A stretch of 64,000 bases of DNA from an uncultured Candidatus Saccharibacteria bacterium (GTDB lineage Bacteria; Patescibacteriota; Minisyncoccia; Phycocordibacterales; XYD1-FULL-46-19). Positions 9,306 to 18,812 of this stretch are shown one piece after another. The stretch lies in NCBI GenBank assembly GCA_964510655.1, contig CAZEAY010000001.1, positions 33,421 to 97,420 on the forward strand. Reading direction: 5' to 3'. The notes beneath the pieces are model-generated. The model was not told where the DNA came from. It saw nothing but the letters and a program-made list of their open reading frames with translations, and did no database searches. The position numbers and the translations under genes were made by a program. Within the stretch, counting starts at the first letter, position 1, and every line of letters starts with the position of its first letter.

Positions 9306-9869
9306 ATGAATGGGTCGGATAATATTTCATATACAATTAAAAAAAGTACGCGAGCTCGGCGATTAAGGATTGCTGTTTCTTGTGAGGGGAAAGTAATGGT
9401 AACTGTTCCTGCTAGTCCTTATTGGGGAAGTAGATTTTCTAAGAATTTTGTGGAAAGTTTTCTTAGAGAAAAAGAAGATTGGATTAGAAAGAATCTAGAA
9501 CATTTTTCTCGTCTTCCTGTTTGGCAAAAGAAAAGATGCACTCGAAAAGATTATTTAGAAAATAAAGAAAGCGTTCGACTGTTGGTCTATGACAGGCTTA
9601 GTTATTTTAATCAATTTTATGGTTTTAAATGGAAAAAGATTACTATCCGTGATCAAAAATCACGATGGGGAAGTTGTTCTAAAGATGGTAATTTAAATTT
9701 TAATTACAAAATTTTATTTTTACCAACGGAATTACAGGATTATGTTATTGTTCACGAATTGTGCCATTTGGGCGAACTAAATCACTCTCAAAATTTTTGG
9801 CGGTTAGTAGGAAAAACTTTACCAGATTATAATAATCTTAGGAAAAAGTTACGTGGTGGTCTATCTTAA
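9306..9869 (+). CDS. YgjP-like metal-dependent hydrolase (DUF45/M48-like, WLM/SprT-like)
   Basis: HELCHLxExNHS zinc-binding motif plus FW, typical of the DUF45 family. Confidence 0.7.
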   Translation: MNGSDNISYTIKKSTRARRLRIAVSCEGKVMVTVPASPYWGSRFSKNFVESFLREKEDWIRKNLEHFSRLPVWQKKRCTRKDYLENKESVRLLVYDRLSYFNQFYGFKWKKITIRDQKSRWGSCSKDGNLNFNYKILFLPTELQDYVIVHELCHLGELNHSQNFWRLVGKTLPDYNNLRKKLRGGLS

Positions 9870-9881
9870 AAGTTTAAAAAA

Positions 9882-10538
9882 ATGTCAAAATCTGTTGTTA
9901 AAATTATTTTTTTCTTAACTCTCTTAGTGGCTTGGCCTGTTTCGGCTCATCAACCAAACTATAGTCATGATGCCACTTGGGTTAGAGTTAGCCAGCCGGA
10001 AATTTCTCGGGCTTTTTATGGTTCTTTACCTGGTAGTCCTGTCCGTTATGTTATTTCTAGTCCTTCTTCTTTTCCTCTCTATCTTGGCTTGTTGGTCCCA
10101 AATCTTCCAGATATAAATAAAAATCTTTCAGTTTCGGTAATTAATCAGAATGGTCAAGTCTTAACGACTCTTAATGGAGAGAAAAGTAACTGGTCAAAAT
10201 GGGATGAAGAATTTGCCGGTGATGTTTATTGGAAAGGTCCAGAATTTAAACAAACTGTTCCGGCCGGTACTTACACGATAGTTGTCTATAGTAAAGACAA
10301 CGATTGGGATAAATATGTTTTAGCGATTGGGGAAAAAGAATCTTTTCCTTTTTGGGAATATCCGAGAACAGAAAAACAGTTGTATCAGATTAAAACCGAA
10401 TTTTTTGGGAAATCCTGGTATTCGATTTTTGAGGGTAAGATTGGTCGCTATCAATTAGGCGGACTTCTCTTTTTGATATTTTTAATTCTGTTTATAGATA
10501 GGCTAGCGAAAATATTCCGTCGAAAAAATCTCTTTTAG
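9882..10538 (+). CDS. hypothetical secreted protein with a C-terminal TM anchor
   Basis: Signal peptide (…AWPVSAHQ) and a C-terminal hydrophobic helix. Confidence 0.4.
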   Translation: MSKSVVKIIFFLTLLVAWPVSAHQPNYSHDATWVRVSQPEISRAFYGSLPGSPVRYVISSPSSFPLYLGLLVPNLPDINKNLSVSVINQNGQVLTTLNGEKSNWSKWDEEFAGDVYWKGPEFKQTVPAGTYTIVVYSKDNDWDKYVLAIGEKESFPFWEYPRTEKQLYQIKTEFFGKSWYSIFEGKIGRYQLGGLLFLIFLILFIDRLAKIFRRKNLF

Positions 10539-10551
10539 CTGTTTTAAATTT

Positions 10552-11265
10552 TTATTTTTCTTTGGAACTGTCTATCTCATAGATGACATCTTTTCTTTCG
10601 ACAAATATCTTCCAACCATTTAGTTTAGCGTAGCGATATAGTTTTTGGTTGGGATTAAAACAAATAGGATTTTCTACTAATTCAAGCATTGGAATATCGT
10701 CGTCGGTGTCTCCGACCGCGATCGAATTTTTTAGGGTTAGGTTTTCTTTCTCAATGGCTCGTTTTACAATATTGGCCTTGTTGGCAATTAAATGAACGTC
10801 AGTAATCTTGCCAGTAAAACAATCTTGTGGACCTAGCTCATATATTCGGCCATAAGTTTTATCGAAACCAAGTTCTTTACAAAAAGGATCTAAAATACCC
10901 TTGGGTGACTGGGAAATTGCTAAAAGAAAATAACCCCGTTTTTTAAGATCCTTGATTAAGTCACGAGTGTAGCGGTAAACCATATTCTTTTTTCCCGCCA
11001 ACATTTTTTTACCAGTGGTTAAAAAGTCTTTATAGGCCAAGCCTTTGATGTTTTTCATAAAGACGGCTACGACCGCCATAATATATTTATCGTAAGTATC
11101 GTTGCGGTCCAACCATTTTTTATATTCTCGTTCATAGCTTTTCTTTGCACTGGCGGGGAAGTGTCCATCGGCGATTAGAGCTTCGACAAGTTCAATTAGT
11201 AAGCTCGAACGAAAAATTGTTCCGTCGATATCGAAAATCGCTACTTTTTTCTGGTTATTTCTCAT
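10552..11265 (-). CDS. HAD-IB family hydrolase (phosphoserine phosphatase-like)
   Basis: DxDGT motif I (FDIDGTI) and a C-terminal GDTDDD motif. Confidence 0.7.
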   Translation of the reverse strand: MRNNQKKVAIFDIDGTIFRSSLLIELVEALIADGHFPASAKKSYEREYKKWLDRNDTYDKYIMAVVAVFMKNIKGLAYKDFLTTGKKMLAGKKNMVYRYTRDLIKDLKKRGYFLLAISQSPKGILDPFCKELGFDKTYGRIYELGPQDCFTGKITDVHLIANKANIVKRAIEKENLTLKNSIAVGDTDDDIPMLELVENPICFNPNQKLYRYAKLNGWKIFVERKDVIYEIDSSKEK

Positions 11266-11344
11266 ATAAATTAATTATATCATAAGGAAAAACCTGTCAG
11301 CGCTCCCCTTTGGGAAATACTATTTTTGTGTTACAATACAATGA

Positions 11345-12433
11345 ATGAATTCATCCTCTTTTAATTTTATCAAGTTTTTTATTTTGGTGCTTTTGGTGAG
11401 CCCTTTAATCTCTTTGGCTGCGACCACCAAACTGTCTTATAGCGCCTGGATTCCTTATTGGAAGAAAACTGGTGGGGTCGCTGAAACAATCACTAATTTA
11501 AATAAACTAAACGAAATTAGCCCTTTTTCTTACACCGTATCAGCTAAGGGTGAGTTGGTTGATACTTTAAAAATTGGCAGTGAACCTTGGCCTAACTTAT
11601 TTAAACTGGCGCGTGCTCAAAAAGTAAAAATTCTCCCCGCTATTCTTTGGACTGATAGCTTGGCTATTGATCAAGTTTTACGTGACCCTGTAAAAAGACA
11701 GGCTCATGTTAAAAATATTTTAGCGGAGGTTGATAAAAACAATTTTGATGGAATCGATATTGATTATGAAAATAAATTTGCTTCAACTAGTCCTAATTTC
11801 TCTGTTTTCTTGCGTGACTTAGGTACCAAGCTTCATGCCAAAGGCAAGGTTTTGTCTTGTACAATTGAAGGGCGCACACCGCCCGAGTCCCGTTATTTGA
11901 CGGTTCCCAAGGTAGTGGAGTATGCCAATGATTACCCTTCTATCAATAAGTATTGTGATCAGGTTCGGCTGATGATTTATGATCAAGGAACGGTTGATAT
12001 CAAATTAAACATGGCTCGTCGGTTGGGTGGAGTTTATTATCCGATTGCTGATCCGACTTGGGTGCGTAAAGTTTTAGAACTTGCTCTAAAGGATATTAGT
12101 GCTAAAAAAATTGTTTTAGGGGTAGCAACCTATGGTTATGAATTGGAAATTACTGATAAGGGTAAATATTTTGATTATAAAAAGATACGTAGTTTGAGTT
12201 ATAAAGACTTTACTCAACTAGCTAAAGACCTAAAAATGTTGCCACGGCGTAATAATGCCGGAGAATTGTCTCTAATTTATCGCACGAAAGAGGGTAAGGT
12301 AAATTTTGTTTCTTTTAGTGATGCTCAGGCGGTGGCTGATAAAATTTTTATTGCCAAATTGTATAATTTGCGTGGGGTAGCGATTTTTAAGATAGACGGT
12401 GAAAGCGACAACTATTGGGTGAGCCTTAAGTAA
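11345..12433 (+). CDS. secreted glycoside hydrolase family 18 protein (chitinase/peptidoglycan hydrolase-like)
   Basis: Signal peptide plus the GH18 catalytic motif DGIDIDYE (DxxDxDxE). Confidence 0.6.
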   Translation: MNSSSFNFIKFFILVLLVSPLISLAATTKLSYSAWIPYWKKTGGVAETITNLNKLNEISPFSYTVSAKGELVDTLKIGSEPWPNLFKLARAQKVKILPAILWTDSLAIDQVLRDPVKRQAHVKNILAEVDKNNFDGIDIDYENKFASTSPNFSVFLRDLGTKLHAKGKVLSCTIEGRTPPESRYLTVPKVVEYANDYPSINKYCDQVRLMIYDQGTVDIKLNMARRLGGVYYPIADPTWVRKVLELALKDISAKKIVLGVATYGYELEITDKGKYFDYKKIRSLSYKDFTQLAKDLKMLPRRNNAGELSLIYRTKEGKVNFVSFSDAQAVADKIFIAKLYNLRGVAIFKIDGESDNYWVSLK

Positions 12434-12449
12434 TTTATAACTTTCTTCT

Positions 12450-13004
12450 ATGAAAAATAAGAAAAAAATTATTTTCTTTGTTGTTATTTTACTGGCGGTT
12501 ATTTTGGGATTTATTTTCACAGATAAAAAACCAGATGCTGTTTTATCAGTAAAAGATAGTATTACTTTAACTAGTCCCGCTTTTGATGATCGTGGAACTA
12601 TACCGGCTCTTTACACTTGTCGGGGTGGGGGAAATAATCCCCCCTTGGAGATTTCTAATATTCCACCTCAAACAGTTAGTTTAGTTTTAACTCTTTCTGA
12701 CGCCGATTCTGCCCCGAAAAATTTTATTCATTGGATTGTTTGGAATATTACTCCCAATACTTTTAACCTCACAGATTCTTTACCCGGTGGGTCGGTAGAA
12801 GGAGAAAATTCTGTTGGTAAAATAGGATTTTTGGCTCCCTGCCCGCCAACCGGGGTTCATCATTATCACTTCAAACTCTATGCCCTTGATACAAAGTTGG
12901 ACTTAGTCGAAGGAACCCGCTTTGAAGAATTAAATACCGCAATGAAAAATCATATTTTACAGCAAACAGAGCTGATTGGACTTGTTGAGGCAACTAAAGA
13001 GTAG
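12450..13004 (+). CDS. YbhB/YbcL family PEBP-like protein
   Basis: N-terminal TM and the PEBP bacterial motif (…HWIVWNI…GVHHYHFKLYALD…). Confidence 0.8.
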   Translation: MKNKKKIIFFVVILLAVILGFIFTDKKPDAVLSVKDSITLTSPAFDDRGTIPALYTCRGGGNNPPLEISNIPPQTVSLVLTLSDADSAPKNFIHWIVWNITPNTFNLTDSLPGGSVEGENSVGKIGFLAPCPPTGVHHYHFKLYALDTKLDLVEGTRFEELNTAMKNHILQQTELIGLVEATKE

Positions 13005-13095
13005 AGAATCCTTTTTAGTTGTCCACATTATATTATTTTTTTGTCATGTTAAAATATTAATGGTGTTATTTTATTAGCTTACAAATTTTATTTTT

Positions 13096-13554
13096 ATGAA
13101 TAAAAAAACTTTAATTGTATTTTTGGTTATGGCTGGAGTTTTGGTTGCCGGGCAGGCAACGGCAGCAAATATTTTCCAAAAAATGTTTAGGCGTAATTCG
13201 ACTTCAACCCCAGTTGTCTCTGGTAAGGTTTGGAATTCCGATTGTATTGTAAAAGCGATTGATAAGAGAGAGGCGGCGATTGGCGTTGCTTATGGTGACA
13301 TGACTAGTAAAATTTCTACCGCCCTGTCTGTTCGGGCCAAAGCCTTATCTGCCTCTTGGGCCCAAACTGATCGAAATACTCGTCTTTCTACCCGTAATGC
13401 TGCCTGGAAGTCTTTTAATGATAGTGTCAAACAAGCTCGAGAGACTCACCGTACCTCAGTTCATACCGCTTGGGCAGGATACAAAACAGACGCCGCTAAT
13501 TGTAAGGTGGATGTCGGGGGAGTTGAGCCGGAAAATCGCGAAGCTGAGCTATAA
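13096..13554 (+). CDS. hypothetical secreted protein
   Basis: Signal peptide (…AGQATAANIF); no motif recognised. Confidence 0.4.
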   Translation: MNKKTLIVFLVMAGVLVAGQATAANIFQKMFRRNSTSTPVVSGKVWNSDCIVKAIDKREAAIGVAYGDMTSKISTALSVRAKALSASWAQTDRNTRLSTRNAAWKSFNDSVKQARETHRTSVHTAWAGYKTDAANCKVDVGGVEPENREAEL

Positions 13555-13565
13555 TTTTAATTAAT

Positions 13566-13599
13566 AAAAAACCGGAAGGCCGTCCTTCCGGTTTTTTTG
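13566..13599 (+). terminator. intrinsic terminator
   Basis: accggaaggccgtccttccggt followed by T7. Confidence 0.8.
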
Positions 13600-13642
13600 T
13601 TTAGTAGCTGTGCTGTAATAATTTTGTTATAATCAAGTTCTT

Positions 13643-14446
13643 ATGATTGTCAGTCGGAAATCTATTTTTGTCATAATTTTTCTATTGATTCTAGTTGCCT
13701 TATCGGTTGGAATTATTAAATATGGTCTATTTTTACCAGAAGGTGGTTTGTCGGCCTTGTTGGCTTCTGGTCAAAGTGGGGGGTTGGTGCCCTACTTAGT
13801 GGTAATTTCTGCCTTAGTCGACAGTGTTAACCCTTGTGCTTTTTCTGTTCTACTATTAACCATCGCCTTTTTCTTTTCTGTCGGAAAATCACGCCGTAAA
13901 ATTTTAGAAGCTGGCGGCCTGTATATCTTTGGTATTTTCCTGACTTATCTTTTAATTGGTTTAGGTATCACTCAGGTCTTGTCTTTGTTTGGAGTGCCGC
14001 ATTTAATGACCAAAGTCGGAGCGACAATTGTTATTGTGTGGGCCGCCCTTGATCTTATTGGTGAATATTTCCCCCGTTTCCCTATTCAGCTAAAAATTCC
14101 TCAGGCCGCCCATCGTCGGATGGCAGTTTTGATTGAGAAGGGAACTATTCCGACGGCCCTAGCTCTCGGTGTTTTGGTGGGGCTGACAGAGTTTCCTTGC
14201 ACCGGTGGTCCTTATTTATTTATTTTAGGTTTACTTCATGACCATACAACTTTTTATTCTGGCTTATGGTATCTTGTCCTCTATAATATAATTTTCGTCG
14301 CTCCTTTAGTGGTTGTTTTGGTTTTGGGTAGTGACCGAGCCTTACTTGCTAAAGTCCAAAATTGGAAGAAAGCCAATACTCATGCTTTTCGGGTGTGGAT
14401 GGGGGTAATTATGCTTCTTTTGGGTATTCTCATTTTCCAGTTTTAG
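13643..14446 (+). CDS. ccdA: cytochrome c-type biogenesis / thiol-disulfide electron transporter CcdA (DsbD-like TM domain)
   Basis: Polytopic membrane protein with a conserved Cys in TM1 (VNPCA) and a second one in EFPCTGGP. Confidence 0.65.
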   Translation: MIVSRKSIFVIIFLLILVALSVGIIKYGLFLPEGGLSALLASGQSGGLVPYLVVISALVDSVNPCAFSVLLLTIAFFFSVGKSRRKILEAGGLYIFGIFLTYLLIGLGITQVLSLFGVPHLMTKVGATIVIVWAALDLIGEYFPRFPIQLKIPQAAHRRMAVLIEKGTIPTALALGVLVGLTEFPCTGGPYLFILGLLHDHTTFYSGLWYLVLYNIIFVAPLVVVLVLGSDRALLAKVQNWKKANTHAFRVWMGVIMLLLGILIFQF

Positions 14447-14546
14447 AATACCTAAATTTATGCTAGGCTTTTAATACTAGAGGTAACAACCTCTTTTTAG
14501 TCTAAATTAATGAAAATTAGGTTTGCTTTAATTTTAAAATAAACAT

Positions 14547-15071
14547 ATGGACGATACAAAAATAAAGGAATTGCAGGCTAAAATTGCCAATTTCCAAAAA
14601 GATAATGCTGTAGATTTATCGTCAGAAGAAGATTTGTCGGTAGCAATTATGAATTTGATTAGCTTGGAGGAGCACTTCTTTTTTAGTGGAGCTAAAACCG
14701 GTAAAAATGAATATTTTGATCTATTAAACGAGACAAGGGAAATCCGTAAGTCTCTTTTGGCTAAATTGATGGATGAAAATGAGGCGGAGAGTTGGTGTAT
14801 CTCCAAACACTTGCTGGCAACAACCATGCGGTTAATGGAGGTGGGTACTAAGTATCAAAAAGATGGGAAAAAAGATGAGGCCGAGGATTTGTTTAAAAAA
14901 GCTTTCCATGTTTATGGAATGTTTTGGGCTTTGCGATTGAAACTTGTTGATTTAGGGGGAGTAAAAAAAGTGGCTGACAATCAGTTGAATATACATGATC
15001 AGGCTCCAGCGGAACAGCCTTGGTCGGTTGAAGATATTGTCACTAAGTTGGTAGATTGTTGTAAAGAATAG
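14547..15071 (+). CDS. hypothetical cytoplasmic protein
   Basis: 174-aa ORF between ccdA and the thioredoxin-like gene; no motif recognised. Confidence 0.4.
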   Translation: MDDTKIKELQAKIANFQKDNAVDLSSEEDLSVAIMNLISLEEHFFFSGAKTGKNEYFDLLNETREIRKSLLAKLMDENEAESWCISKHLLATTMRLMEVGTKYQKDGKKDEAEDLFKKAFHVYGMFWALRLKLVDLGGVKKVADNQLNIHDQAPAEQPWSVEDIVTKLVDCCKE

Positions 15072-15111
15072 TGAACGCACATATTTAATAATTCTGTAAA
15101 AAAATAAGGCT

Positions 15112-15606
15112 ATGGGTAAATATAAAATTAACGGTGAACATTCTCACGATAAGTATATTATTGGGGGAGTGGTGATGGTCTTAGTAATCGTGGGTCTAGT
15201 TGTTGTGTGGATATCAACCGCTGTCCCTAAGACTCCAGCGGGTAATTTGGTTACTAGTGTCGATGGTAATGTGGCCAGCAGTACTCTGGCGACAGCAACA
15301 ACCACTTCACTTAATCTTAACCCGGTACCCGGAGATTCAAAGGAGGTTACTTTGGCTAAATGTTTAGCTAAACAAAAAATTACCATGTATGGAGCCGCTT
15401 GGTGTACTCACTGTCAGGATCAAAAAAAGGCTTTTGGCCAGGAAGCGTTTCAGTACATCCCTTATATTGAATGCCCAGCTAATGTGCAATTGTGTATTAG
15501 TAAACAAGTTTCCGGCTACCCTACTTGGTTAAAAACCGATGGCAGTAAAATGGAAGGTTTTACTGAGTTAAGTAAGCTGGCTACTTGGTCTGGGTGTTCA
15601 TTCTAG
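15112..15606 (+). CDS. membrane-anchored thioredoxin-like protein (CxxC)
   Basis: N-terminal TM, Thr-rich linker, WCTHC active-site motif. Confidence 0.6.
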   Translation: MGKYKINGEHSHDKYIIGGVVMVLVIVGLVVVWISTAVPKTPAGNLVTSVDGNVASSTLATATTTSLNLNPVPGDSKEVTLAKCLAKQKITMYGAAWCTHCQDQKKAFGQEAFQYIPYIECPANVQLCISKQVSGYPTWLKTDGSKMEGFTELSKLATWSGCSF

Positions 15607-15893
15607 ATTTTCCTATAAAAATTAAAATAAAAAAGACCAATAAGCTGGTCTTTTTTATTTTAATTTTTAGAATTTTTTTCAAAATATTTTCGCGACATTA
15701 AATGAGGGTTATTTGATAAGTGTTGTTGCGTGACCCACTTGAAGCCAGAGTTTTTTTGTTTTTTAGTCTGTTATCAACAACTGAAAAGATGGATATTTTT
15801 ATATAATAATGGGTACAAATTCAACAAAAATTTTGAATTGTGATTATTTCGACTCAAATATTATTAAAAACCATTAAAAAATTACCAAATAAT

Positions 15894-18245
15894 ATGGCAA
15901 AAGCAAAAAAAGTGGTAAAAACAGTAAAAAAGGCAAAAAGTCGAGTGGAATTGATTAAGAAACGTGATGGCAGTACCGTCGCCTTCGATACAGAAAAAAT
16001 TGCCAAGGCTGTTTGGAAGGCGATGAAGGTTTCTGGTGAGGGTTCGGAAAAAGATGCCTTGATGGTGGCCAAAGCTGTTCATTTAGAGTTGGATAAGAAT
16101 TGCGCTGATGATCAGGCTGACTGCGTTCCTTCAGTTGAAGAAATTCAAGATTTGGTGGAAAAACAATTGATCATCCAGCAGTTTGCCGTTACCGCTAAGT
16201 CCTACATTTTGTATCGGGAAAAACGAACCGAATTACGCTTTGTTCGTGGAGAAGTGCCGGCTAAGGTTAAAGAATTGGCTAATGAAAGTAAAAAATATTT
16301 TCAAAACGAATTGTCAGAATTTGTCTATTATCGTTCCTATTCTCGCTGGATAGACGAAGAAAATCGACGTGAGACTTGGGTGGAGTCGGTAGATCGCTAT
16401 TTGGCTTTTATGAAAGAAAATTTGGACGGCAAACTTAAGGAGGCTGAGTATAAGGAATTGCGTGAGGCGATGCTGGCTCAGAAAGTTATGCCATCCATGC
16501 GTTTAATGTGGGGAGCTGGAAAGGCTGCTCGTCGAACTAATGCGGTTGGGTACAACTGTTCTTTTATTGCTCCAACCAGTGTTCAAGATTTGGCCGAGAT
16601 TATGTATTTATCCATGTGTGGCTGTGGGGTGGGTTTCAGTGTGGAGAGTTTGACCGCCCAACAGTTTCCAATTGTTAGGAAGCAATCCGGTAAGACCAAT
16701 AAAACAATCGTGGTGGATGACAGTAAAGAAGGTTGGTGTGACGCTTTTGTTTCAGCGATGAAGACCTGGTTAGCTGGAGAAGACGTGGAAATCGATTACT
16801 CACAATTGCGACCAGCCGGAGCTCGTTTGTCGGTTATGGGTGGACGTTCTTCGGGACCCGATCCATTGAGAGAATTAATGATCTTTACCCGTGGTAAAGT
16901 TTTGTCTCGTCAAAACAAGAGATTACGAAATATTGATTTGCACGATATCATCTGTAAGATTGGCGAAGTCGTGGTTTCTGGTGGTGTGCGTCGGACGGCG
17001 ATGATTTCTTTGTCTGACCTTGATGATCAAGAAATTCGTCATGCCAAGGAAGGTCAATTTTATGTGACGGAACCACAACGGATGTTGTCTAACAATTCGG
17101 CCGTTTATAACGAAAAACCAACTAGTACAGAATTTTTGACCGAATGGACCGCCTTGATTAAAAGTGGAGCTGGTGAACGCGGAATTTTTAATCGTGGGTC
17201 TCTACAGAATCAATTACCTAAACGGCGCTGGGAAAAATTTGAAAAAGATGCGGCGACTTGCGGTATGAATCCTTGCGGAGAAATTGTCTTGAAGTCTAAG
17301 CAGTTTTGTAATTTGACTGAGGTGGTAGCCCGTTCCGGTGATACTGAAGCCGATTTACTTAATAAAGCTCGCTTAGCCGCTATTTTAGGAACGTATCAGG
17401 CTAGTCTAACTTATTTCCCTTATTTGTCTGAAGAATGGAAGGAGAATTGTGAAGAAGAAGCCCTGTTAGGTGTGTCTATTACTGGACAATGGGATTGTAA
17501 AACTGTTCGCGATCCTAAATTGTTGGCTCGAATGAGAGAAGAAGTGGTTAAGGTAAATAAAGAATATGCCAAGCGTTTTGGTATTAATCGTTCGGCAGCG
17601 GTGACTTGTGTAAAACCATCTGGCACTGTTTCTCAGCTCGTCAACTCTTCGTCTGGAATGCATCCTCGTCATGCCAAATATTATATTCGCCGTATTAGAA
17701 TTTCTGCCACCGATGCCTTGTTTAAGATGATGAAGGATCAGGGTTGTAAATATTATCCGGAAGTTGGGCAAAGTATGGATTCGGCTAACACCTATGTTTT
17801 TGAATTTCCGGTTAAAGCACCAGAAAATTCTATTTATAAAGATGAACAAACCGCCATCGAACAACTGGATTATTGGAAGATGGTTAAAGAAAATTACACC
17901 GAACATAATCCATCAGTAACAATTTCCATTGGCGATAATGAATGGATTGAATCAGCTAACTGGCTGTATAACAATTGGGATATACTAGGCGGTTTATCCT
18001 TCTTACCTCGCTCTAATCATGTTTACAAACTGGCCCCTTACGAAGAGATTAGTAAAGAACGATATGAGTCCATGGTAAAAGAATTTCCTAAACTTGATTT
18101 CTCTAAGATTGTTCTCTATGAACATGAGGATGAGACACAAGGAGCCAAAGAATTAGCTTGTGCCAGTGGTGTTTGTGAAGTTGATTTTGGCACTGTTGGG
18201 ACCGTTTCTTTGTCAGGAGATACCAAGAAGGGAAGTAAAAAATAA
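15894..18245 (+). CDS. nrdJ: adenosylcobalamin-dependent (class II) ribonucleotide reductase with N-terminal ATP-cone
   Basis: ATP-cone-like N-terminus (IKKRDGSTVAFDTEKIAKAV), the class II NPCGE(I) motif and a C-terminal Cys pair (CASGVC). Start set at ATG 15894 (MAKAKK). Confidence 0.7.
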   Translation: MAKAKKVVKTVKKAKSRVELIKKRDGSTVAFDTEKIAKAVWKAMKVSGEGSEKDALMVAKAVHLELDKNCADDQADCVPSVEEIQDLVEKQLIIQQFAVTAKSYILYREKRTELRFVRGEVPAKVKELANESKKYFQNELSEFVYYRSYSRWIDEENRRETWVESVDRYLAFMKENLDGKLKEAEYKELREAMLAQKVMPSMRLMWGAGKAARRTNAVGYNCSFIAPTSVQDLAEIMYLSMCGCGVGFSVESLTAQQFPIVRKQSGKTNKTIVVDDSKEGWCDAFVSAMKTWLAGEDVEIDYSQLRPAGARLSVMGGRSSGPDPLRELMIFTRGKVLSRQNKRLRNIDLHDIICKIGEVVVSGGVRRTAMISLSDLDDQEIRHAKEGQFYVTEPQRMLSNNSAVYNEKPTSTEFLTEWTALIKSGAGERGIFNRGSLQNQLPKRRWEKFEKDAATCGMNPCGEIVLKSKQFCNLTEVVARSGDTEADLLNKARLAAILGTYQASLTYFPYLSEEWKENCEEEALLGVSITGQWDCKTVRDPKLLARMREEVVKVNKEYAKRFGINRSAAVTCVKPSGTVSQLVNSSSGMHPRHAKYYIRRIRISATDALFKMMKDQGCKYYPEVGQSMDSANTYVFEFPVKAPENSIYKDEQTAIEQLDYWKMVKENYTEHNPSVTISIGDNEWIESANWLYNNWDILGGLSFLPRSNHVYKLAPYEEISKERYESMVKEFPKLDFSKIVLYEHEDETQGAKELACASGVCEVDFGTVGTVSLSGDTKKGSKK

Positions 18246-18265
18246 TTAAAAATTTTAAACAAGAG

Positions 18266-18292
18266 AAAAGCCCCGCTTGCGCGGGGTTTTTC
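18266..18292. terminator. terminator hairpin shared by nrdJ (+) and the RNase P RNA 3' end (-)
   Basis: aaaagccccgcttgcgcggggttttt. Confidence 0.7.
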
Positions 18293-18300
18293 ATATTGCT

Positions 18301-18648
18301 TCCTATCTATAAGCCGAATTCTGTATCCGACCAAGGTCGGACGGCAGTTATTTATCTGGGCTGATTGTTGCCAATCAGCTCTAGCGACACGAATCGAAGG
18401 AAACCTTCGAAACACGGTCTTGCACTTAAGTAAGGGTTTAGCCGTTTCACTTCGAATGTTTCCATTCGAACTTACCCCGAAGGGTATTTTAAATCTTTCG
18501 ATTTAAAACGTCTCTGCTCGCACCTCGCGGATTGCTCCGGACGGGAATTACCCGCTACCTGGCTCCAAACTTGCGTTTGGAAGTGTTCGGACTTTCCTCT
18601 CTGACTTTCATCAGAGTAGCTGCCCAATAGGGAACTCCTTAATTATAA
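18301..18648 (-). ncRNA. rnpB: RNase P RNA (bacterial)
   Basis: The minus-strand reading contains the P4 core GAGGAAAGUCCGaac… and the 3' ACAGAAuuCGGCUUAuag element, with GC-rich stems in a region that lacks a credible ORF. Ends are approximate. Confidence 0.7.
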
Positions 18649-18812
18649 CACATGTAACGATTTTTTACAAATCAAGGGGCTGTTCACTTTTATTAATTAG
18701 TTCGATTTATACATTGCTAGGCTCTTGGTTATCTAATATAATTGAGATTAAATATTCCCCTCTAGCGGTAGTCGTGAGATTTTTAGTCGCGTTTTAATTA
18801 TTAATAAAAATT

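Noticed and set aside
15607-15893. Possible cobalamin riboswitch or NrdR box upstream of nrdJ
   Set aside because: I could not find the B12-box or an NrdR-box-like 16-mer palindrome by eye; only short AT palindromes are present.
18103-18415. 63-aa and 99-aa minus-strand ORFs
   Set aside because: They overlap the RNase P RNA gene.
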